Shown: positions 57,724 through 64,000 of the stretch, piece after piece
Layout of the letters: each line of letters opens with the position of its first letter
Position numbering within the stretch: position 1 is the first letter of the stretch
Source: Oligoflexia bacterium
Lineage (GTDB): Bacteria; Bdellovibrionota; UBA1018
DNA length: 64,000 nucleotides
Direction: 5' to 3'
Assembly: GCA_014378465.1 (NCBI GenBank)
Contig: JACMNQ010000033.1
Location: 5,578 to 69,577 of the forward strand
Program-made: the position numbers and the translations under genes
The notes under the pieces: model-generated
What the model was told of the DNA's origin: nothing
The model's database searches: none
What the model saw: the letters and a program-made list of their open reading frames with translations, nothing else

Positions 57724-58548
57724 ATGAAAGTTTTGTACTTCGGTGATGTTTTTGGAAAGCCGGGCCGTGATGCCGTCAAGATCGCGCTGGCCCGTCTCGT
57801 GCCCGCTCATCAGATTGATTTCGTCGTCGTCAATGGCGAGAACGCCGCCCATGGAAACGGCATTCTGCCGGACATGGCGGAAGATTTCTTTGAAATGGGC
57901 GTGGATGTCCTGACCACCGGCAATCATGCCTGGGATCAGCGCCAGATCATCCCTTTCATGGCCACGACGACCCGGTTGATCCGCCCTCTCAATTATCCCG
58001 AACATCCGGCCTATAAAGTTCCGGGGCGCGGCTCGACCGTCGTGGAGTCCAGAAGAAAAGCGACGGCAAAGGACGGAAGCCCTCTGAGGCTCGCCGTGGT
58101 CCAAGTCATGGGTCGGGTTTTCATGGACGCGCTGGATTGTCCCTTTCGGGCAGCCGAAAACGAAGTCGAGCGCCTCGACAATCTGGATATCCAGTGCATC
58201 CTTGTGGATTTTCATGGGGAGGCGAGTTCTGAAAAGCAGGCTTTCGCTCACTTCATGGACGGTCGGGTCAGCGCTGTGGTGGGAAGCCACTCTCATGTGC
58301 AGACCGCCGATGAGAGAATTCTCGCAGGCGGAACCGCAGCCATCACCGACGTGGGCATGTCGGGATGTTTTGATTCCGTGATCGGCGTCAAGAAGGAGAT
58401 CTCCATTCAGAAGTTCCTGACGAAACGACCCATCAAGTATGAGCCTGCCGAAGGCCCAGGCGGTTACGGCTGTGTGATTATTGACATCGATGAGACCACG
58501 GGCAGGTCCAGGTCCATCCTGCGACTTCGCGAAGCTGTTGTCACCTAG
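57724..58548 (+). CDS. ymdB: YmdB family metallophosphoesterase (TIGR00282)
   Basis: GDVFG.PGR, NGEN, GNH.WD, DFHGEA.SEK and HSHVQTAD motifs. Confidence 0.92.
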   Translation: MKVLYFGDVFGKPGRDAVKIALARLVPAHQIDFVVVNGENAAHGNGILPDMAEDFFEMGVDVLTTGNHAWDQRQIIPFMATTTRLIRPLNYPEHPAYKVPGRGSTVVESRRKATAKDGSPLRLAVVQVMGRVFMDALDCPFRAAENEVERLDNLDIQCILVDFHGEASSEKQAFAHFMDGRVSAVVGSHSHVQTADERILAGGTAAITDVGMSGCFDSVIGVKKEISIQKFLTKRPIKYEPAEGPGGYGCVIIDIDETTGRSRSILRLREAVVT

Positions 58549-58572
58549 AGCCAATGGTCGTATCCTAGGAAA

Positions 58573-59322
58573 ATGCAAAGTCAGACTTCGAAGCCATTGA
58601 GTAAAAGCGGTCCTCCGTATTCAAGTCTTCAGGCCTGCTATGCCGCTTTCAATGATTTCATTCAGCGGGATATTCAGCTGGCTCGCAGTCAGGTCAATCG
58701 CAGGATGTTCAGCGTGTTTCTCTGGTGTTTTCTGCTCCCGGCCCTGGTCTCGGCGGCCTTTCTGCTCTTGATCAAGTTCGGCATCTTTCCCCGCAGCGCG
58801 CGCGTCTACCTGGAGTGGATCGCGCTTCTTTTTCCTCTTTTCTACTCGATCTACTTTCTCAGCTCGCAGGTTCTCGTCGGCGCAACGGTCGCCTTTCGCA
58901 GAGGGGGAGTGGGCACCACGCTTTCTCAGAACACCAAAGAAGGTGAGTGGCGGGTGAGTGTCTGCGACAGCATGAACAAGGAACTTTTCCTGAAGGCGGA
59001 CCAATGGGAGTGGGTCATCGCTAGCCTGCGCATGGATCTGTCCCGGCTTCAGTACCGCAATCGATATCTGACCGCACTGGCGGGTGCCGTCTTCTACCTC
59101 ATCATGCAGGGGATCGATTCACTCGGGGGTTCTGAAGAAATGAAGATGAATGTCCTGATCAATCCTTCCAATGACTTCACGCAATTCGTGGGTCTGGCGC
59201 TGTTTCTCGTGCTGCTCTACCTGTCAGGCACGCAAACCATCAGTTCTCTCCAGAAGTACCTCGATTGCGCCGAACTCCTTCAGATCCAGGTGCAGGCCTC
59301 CAGTCCGGCTGTCGAAAAATAG
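58573..59322 (+). CDS. Hypothetical integral membrane protein
   Basis: Four hydrophobic helices; AGGA RBS. Confidence 0.65.
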   Translation: MQSQTSKPLSKSGPPYSSLQACYAAFNDFIQRDIQLARSQVNRRMFSVFLWCFLLPALVSAAFLLLIKFGIFPRSARVYLEWIALLFPLFYSIYFLSSQVLVGATVAFRRGGVGTTLSQNTKEGEWRVSVCDSMNKELFLKADQWEWVIASLRMDLSRLQYRNRYLTALAGAVFYLIMQGIDSLGGSEEMKMNVLINPSNDFTQFVGLALFLVLLYLSGTQTISSLQKYLDCAELLQIQVQASSPAVEK

Positions 59323-59435
59323 TTCCACACATCAACAGTTTCAACCCTTGACTCTGTTTCCAGCATTGACCCGAAGGTGAGCGGACGTTACCTCTGCCCA
59401 CGGTGTTCGGTTCAATTTTTCGACGAAGAGGTGTG

Positions 59436-59852
59436 ATGATGAAGTTAGTACTTTTGCTCGGCATGGTTTCAAGTGTGATGGTTGCAAATGCCTTTGCGGA
59501 CGGTGACCGGCTTCAGGTCCTGGCCAATTGTTATTCGGATGACTCTTCTGAAGGCGGGTACCGGGTAGTTGTCCATTCGGGCGGCTTCACGGGTTTGACC
59601 ACGGCAAAGATCGAAGAAAGCACGTTTGCCGGAAATCAGGAACTTCAGACTCTTGAAGTGAAGAGTTCCCAGACGGGGCGCCGACTCAGTTTCGCGGACG
59701 CCCCCACTCGTGGCGAAGACTTTCAACTGCTCATCGACCTTCAGGGTGGCAATGGCCTGTTGAAGATCTATCCGGCAAAATTCAAAGCCAGCACTCAGTT
59801 GGGTCGGATTTCAGGAAAGCTCTTCTGTAGCCTCAAACAGTTTGAACTCTGA
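59436..59852 (+). CDS. Hypothetical secreted protein
   Basis: GAGG RBS; signal peptide ending AFA; two Cys at the ends of the mature domain. Confidence 0.65.
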   Translation: MMKLVLLLGMVSSVMVANAFADGDRLQVLANCYSDDSSEGGYRVVVHSGGFTGLTTAKIEESTFAGNQELQTLEVKSSQTGRRLSFADAPTRGEDFQLLIDLQGGNGLLKIYPAKFKASTQLGRISGKLFCSLKQFEL

Positions 59853-59935
59853 TTGATTCCTGATTAACGCGCAGCATTCACCAGGATGCCCCCTCGACTT
59901 GGAAGTCTGGAGATACAAAAATCAGGAACGGGAGC

Positions 59936-60247
59936 CTAGCACTTGCTGGAAGCTCCCGTACTCATTTTACAGGCGCCACCGCTCTTGACGGAACAATTGC
60001 CTTCGCCACACTGGTCTCCGCCACAGCCACTGGTGTTCTCGTAGCGCCATTCGCGCTGGACATCGTTGATTGCAGCCAGAGCTTCAGTCAACTCTTTGAA
60101 AGGACGGTAGCCCAGGTATTCGCCGGTCGTATGACGAAGAACGAAGGCGACAAACTGACCTTCTTGCTCAGGATCTCGGGTTACCCCGGCCATCAGTTCT
60201 TCATCCACGAGGAAGCCCTTTGAGTAGTTCTCGGCGTTGAGGAGCAT
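59936..60247 (-). CDS. Hypothetical protein with a Cys/Gly-rich C-terminal tail
   Basis: 103-aa ORF with coding-like composition and five Cys in the last 30 aa. Confidence 0.6.
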   Translation of the reverse strand: MLLNAENYSKGFLVDEELMAGVTRDPEQEGQFVAFVLRHTTGEYLGYRPFKELTEALAAINDVQREWRYENTSGCGGDQCGEGNCSVKSGGACKMSTGASSKC

Positions 60248-60336
60248 AAAAATGAAGTATCAGGAAATAAACCGAAAGACTAGGGTTGCCAATTCAACGA
60301 ATCTTTCATAAGAAGTGAGTCTCTTGTTACCAATGT

Positions 60337-60412
60337 GGGGGCGTAGCTCAGTTGGTAGAGCGTTAGCTTTGCAAGCTAAATGTCATCGGTTCGATCCCGT
60401 TCGCCTCCACCA
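60337..60412 (+). tRNA. tRNA-Ala (TGC)
   Basis: Full cloverleaf: GGGGGCG/CGCCTCC acceptor with G3:U70, anticodon stem TTAGC/GCTAA around TGC, GGTTCGATCC T-arm, encoded CCA. Confidence 0.98.
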
Positions 60413-60450
60413 ATTAAAAAAGCCTACCTGAAAAGGTGGGCTTTTTTAAT
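60413..60450. terminator. Intrinsic terminator after tRNA-Ala
   Basis: ATTAAAAAAGCCTACC-tgaaaa-GGTGGGCTTTTTTAAT. Confidence 0.85.
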
Positions 60451-60535
60451 TTCAAGCAGACGACAATTCTGCAGATCCTGTCGAGCTGGGGGGTGAAGCA
60501 ACCTCGGTAAATCAGTCCCTTCACTCCCGGTCCAT

Positions 60536-61024
60536 TCAGTTTCCAGCAACGGTGCACTTCAATCCGAGAAACTGGGTGTAGGTCTTTTCCTGAACGTGCT
60601 CCACGTAGCCCGGAGTGGTTTCGCTTCCTTCAGAGAATTCTTTCAGCTGATAGCCGGAAGTACCCGGACCTTTCTTGACCGCGACTGTGATCGCGCTGAA
60701 CGTGTTGATTCTCAGGATCTGGGTATGATCCCCATGGATGAAAATCTCAGAGGGGTAATCACTCCCGGAAAAGTCGAGTGACGAATGACTGTAAATTCCG
60801 AACGTGGCCGAATAGCCGCTTGAAAAAGTAGGTTTCCCGTTCTTAAAGGTGGTGTATGAAATCGCCTCTTTGAAAGGTGTGACCTGAAACTGCACCGCCA
60901 ACCCCTGGTGGGGATTTCCGAAGAATATCTGCAGAGGGCCTTTAGGGGTTGATGCCTGTGCTTGCGCTGCCATAATTCCAACTGCCAATATACCGATCGA
61001 ACTGAATAAATAACCTGATTTCAT
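60536..61024 (-). CDS. Hypothetical secreted protein
   Basis: GGAGG RBS; signal peptide ending AQA. Confidence 0.6.
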   Translation of the reverse strand: MKSGYLFSSIGILAVGIMAAQAQASTPKGPLQIFFGNPHQGLAVQFQVTPFKEAISYTTFKNGKPTFSSGYSATFGIYSHSSLDFSGSDYPSEIFIHGDHTQILRINTFSAITVAVKKGPGTSGYQLKEFSEGSETTPGYVEHVQEKTYTQFLGLKCTVAGN

Positions 61025-61187
61025 CTGAGTAACCTCCGTGAGTGAACGATGATCCGTTCATGAGAGGCGTTGTAGGCTCAGAGTGTGAATAAGTAAAACA
61101 GGGTGGTTCCATGGATCAATTAGAAAAACTAATCAATCTGATTCAAGGTCATTGGCCTGCGAAAGTGATGACGAGTGGAAAGAAGAC

Positions 61188-62261
61188 TCACCAATAAGCT
61201 CGGAGTCCAGCTGCCACACCAGTCGTGTCGTTGGTGACGGCCTGATTGAGCTGAACGAAGATCGCGACGACGCCTGCTTCAATCTGAGCGCCGACGAAAT
61301 ACCGAAGGTTGAGGAACTGGGGGCCCTGGTTTTCGCCGAGATCCAGAGATCCCACGCCGGTGACTCCCGTGGGTCCGGAGTTGCTGGTGACGGAGATGGG
61401 CCCATTCACATTTGCGACGCTTGTGGCACTTCCGAAGCTCAGATCGACCCCGAGACCGACGTAAGGCGTCAGGAAGTAGGCGACTCGAGCGGAAGTCGAA
61501 ACTTCAACCGGGACGGTAAATGTATGGACGTTCGCGCCCACATTCGCGATGCCGTTGAAGGCGGCCGTCACTGATCCGCCCCCTGCGGTGCCGGTAGCGC
61601 TTTGATTTATCGCTTGAGCAATCAGGAGATCCATCGAGGAATAGCGAACGCCACTGGTGAGATCGACTCCATTCCACCGCGCCACACCCAGGCCTGCGGA
61701 TCTTTCAGGGACGATCTTGTACTGAAAGTCCGTTCCCCATGATGAGAAATGGCTCTGCAGTCCGCTTTTGTTGAAACTGGAGCTCAGGTAGTTCACGTAA
61801 ATCTTCAGGCGGTTGAGATCGAGGAAACTGATCTTGCCCTTGCTCAGATGCGCCGGGACACCGATCATGAGAGAATACTGTCCCGCAAACCCTGCAATCT
61901 GATTGGCCTTCACATTTCCGTTGGCGACATCGGTGAGACTCGCGCCTCCGAGGTCGGCGCCCACTCCGACCGCGATTCCGACATCGAACAAAGAGTACTT
62001 TGTCGCGTAATCCACTCCGACACCGGCTCCCGAGATGACGGCAGAGTTCGCGATCCCTTTGAGGTAAGTGGATTGATCGGCATTGGGGAGTTTCGAATTG
62101 ATCTGAGTTTCGAGGGTATTGAACACCGAGTCCACCGAAGCCTGGGCCAAAGCATTGCCAGTGGCGGAGCCATAATTGCGGTTCGTGATCTTGAAGAGTC
62201 CCGCGTGTGCAGGTGCGGTGAACAGCAGCAGGCCTAAAATTGCGCAAGATTGGATTCTCAT
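61188..62261 (-). CDS. Outer-membrane beta-barrel/surface protein (possibly Leptospira Lsa36-like)
   Basis: Signal peptide AHA; amphipathic strands; PYVGLGVD motif; terminal GLRAYW beta-signal. Confidence 0.6.
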   Translation of the reverse strand: MRIQSCAILGLLLFTAPAHAGLFKITNRNYGSATGNALAQASVDSVFNTLETQINSKLPNADQSTYLKGIANSAVISGAGVGVDYATKYSLFDVGIAVGVGADLGGASLTDVANGNVKANQIAGFAGQYSLMIGVPAHLSKGKISFLDLNRLKIYVNYLSSSFNKSGLQSHFSSWGTDFQYKIVPERSAGLGVARWNGVDLTSGVRYSSMDLLIAQAINQSATGTAGGGSVTAAFNGIANVGANVHTFTVPVEVSTSARVAYFLTPYVGLGVDLSFGSATSVANVNGPISVTSNSGPTGVTGVGSLDLGENQGPQFLNLRYFVGAQIEAGVVAIFVQLNQAVTNDTTGVAAGLRAYW

Positions 62262-62374
62262 CCTTCAAGGATACGGGGCGGTCTGATTTTCAGGAAGTTC
62301 AAATTGATGTGGGCAAAATATACAGGGCATGTTTCTCTTGAATAAACCATGAACCCTGAGTGCAAATACCAGTC

Positions 62375-63430
62375 ATGAAGAAAACTTCATTCAAACCGGT
62401 TTTCAAACCGCTTCAAATTTTACTGACGGCTCTTCTCACCCCTTTTCTATTCTGTGCTTCCGCTTCCGCTGCTCCGAATTATCACCTCCTGGGCTGGGTC
62501 AATACCTTTGTGCCCGGCGCGGGTGAGGTCATGTTGGGAAATCCCGGACTCGGGATCGTTCAGGCAGTCAGCGAAGTCGGGACGTTCTCCATCGGTTATG
62601 CAAACTCCCGCCGATCCCCGCTGACTCTCGATGGTGTTCCCGAGGATATTCCGAGCCCTCAGGTCACGAAAAAAAGAATCTCGACGCGGGCACAGTACTG
62701 CAGGATTCATCCGACTGACGTGATCTGCTCTCAGGGCAGTCCGAACGACAAGCTTCTCATCTCCACCTTTTCTTCAACTCCAATCAGCATCCAGAAGTCC
62801 TTGAGCGCCGACATCCTCCAGGAGTTCGGCATCAAATACCACATGGTCAATGTCTTCAATGCTTATCGAGAAGCGGCCCAAGGTGTGCCCAACATCGACC
62901 GGACCCCGACCGGCGAACTTTTTCTCAGCCCCTTCAGAGGGTCCGTGCTTTCGGAACCGGAAGTTTTCATCCCCCTCGGAATTTCCGTGGCTGCGGTCTT
63001 TGCCAGTTATTATTTCACGGTCAAGGATGGACTCCCGGCAGGACCGAAGCTCACCAAAGGATCCAATCGATTGTACGCAACGACTTACGCAGTGGTCTTT
63101 CCAGTGGGGAGTGCCGTTCCTGAAGAAATGTTCTACCGCGGCTTCATCCAGAATGAAGCTTATTCCCTGGTCCCATCCCCCTGGTTTGCCATCCCGGTGT
63201 CCACGCTCGCCTACACCCTGTCCCATACCGGGGATGAAATGCCCACGGCCGCCATCACCGGTCTCTGGCTCGGAAGTGTTGCGTACATGAACCACGGAAT
63301 GCTCTCGAAAGGGATCGCGTATCATTTCTGGGCAAACGTCTTCGCCGGAATTCTTGCGATTGAATTGCTGCAACGCTCTGAATTCTATCCGAAGTCGACG
63401 AATGTCTTCAATTTCAGCCTCTACTTTTGA
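62375..63430 (+). CDS. CPBP (Abi/CAAX) family intramembrane glutamic endopeptidase
   Basis: PEEMFYRG, Y.LSH and HFWAN motifs; N-terminal signal peptide. Confidence 0.8.
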   Translation: MKKTSFKPVFKPLQILLTALLTPFLFCASASAAPNYHLLGWVNTFVPGAGEVMLGNPGLGIVQAVSEVGTFSIGYANSRRSPLTLDGVPEDIPSPQVTKKRISTRAQYCRIHPTDVICSQGSPNDKLLISTFSSTPISIQKSLSADILQEFGIKYHMVNVFNAYREAAQGVPNIDRTPTGELFLSPFRGSVLSEPEVFIPLGISVAAVFASYYFTVKDGLPAGPKLTKGSNRLYATTYAVVFPVGSAVPEEMFYRGFIQNEAYSLVPSPWFAIPVSTLAYTLSHTGDEMPTAAITGLWLGSVAYMNHGMLSKGIAYHFWANVFAGILAIELLQRSEFYPKSTNVFNFSLYF

Positions 63431-63567
63431 AGCGAACCGCCAGTGCCCTAGCTGCCCAGGGGCGGCTCTTGCCCCACGAGCGAAAGTGCCAGGGAATGAA
63501 CCCTCGGTTATGTCCTTGTGGATCAGCGCCTTCTTCGGTAAACCCGTCTCCATCGAGGGGTCTCGTC

Positions 63568-64000
63568 GTGAATTCATTGCAGCAAACACAGACTTTGGAA
63601 GAGTGCAGGCGCCTGCTGAATGATCCTGATCGGCTTCGTGCCCTTCGCGACACGCAACTCCTCGACACTCCTTCTGAAGAGAGCTTCGACCGCTTCACGC
63701 GGTCCGCTTCGAGGCTCCTGCATGCGCCGCTGACCCTGATCTCGTTTGTCGACTCGGATCGCCAGTTTTTCAAAAGTACCCAGGGTCTGCCCGAGCCTTG
63801 GGCTTCCGAACGAGTGATCCCCATCGAAAATTCGGTTTGTCAGTACACTCTGCAGGGGCAGCCTCTGGTCATCGAAGATGCCAGGGAGCACCCTCTGCTC
63901 AAAAACAATCCCGCCCTTTCAGCACTGAACCTCGTGGCTTACCTGGGTATTCCGATGATCACTCCAGAAGGCCACAACCTCGGCGCCTTCTGTGCGGTCG
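63568..64000 (+). CDS. GAF-domain signalling protein (3' truncated by window edge)
   Basis: Not in the ORF track; translates as RLRALRDTQLLDTPSEESFDRFTR..ISFVD.DRQFFKS..EDAREHP..YLGIPM..GAFC; GAGGGG RBS before a GTG. Confidence 0.85.
   Translation, partial: MNSLQQTQTLEECRRLLNDPDRLRALRDTQLLDTPSEESFDRFTRSASRLLHAPLTLISFVDSDRQFFKSTQGLPEPWASERVIPIENSVCQYTLQGQPLVIEDAREHPLLKNNPALSALNLVAYLGIPMITPEGHNLGAFCAV

Noticed and set aside
60337-64000. tRNA-anchored genomic island or prophage
   Set aside because: No integrase, phage genes or duplicated tRNA 3' end are visible within the window

Overview
Bacterial chromosomal window that most resembles Bdellovibrionota/Oligoflexia (inferred from gene content, not from a marker gene). 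1-17.4 kb is one co-oriented Tad (type IVc/Flp) pilus locus: tadC, DUF192, three FHA proteins, a PP2C-like phosphatase, three Flp-like pilins, prepilin peptidase, two TadE-like proteins, CpaB, secretin, a TadZ-TadA fusion and TadB. It ends in a toxin-less YD/RHS protein and a small secreted peptide, the same layout as the bd0109-bd0108 'hit' locus of Bdellovibrio bacteriovorus. Two more paralogous small secreted peptides (A|xEN...C-x4-D plus a disordered tail) lie at 21.7 and 22.4 kb, each behind a consensus-like sigma54 promoter. Between the copies sit a GIY-YIG nuclease and an operon for a tri-heme lipoprotein, YceI and a Cyc2-like heme-porin. The rest is mostly housekeeping: cheY/cheX-like, two CNNM proteins, lon, dksA, glmU, glmS, ClC, uvrD/pcrA, gatCAB, asmA-like, ppx, thiolase, zapA-ygfA-rny-ymdB and tRNA-Ala(TGC). 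Accessory genes include a RAYT transposase, a nucleotidyltransferase, a VOC protein, a papain-like protease, beta-barrels and two probable pseudogenes. No CRISPR array, rRNA or integrase was seen. All family calls come from motif recognition by eye; no database search was run.
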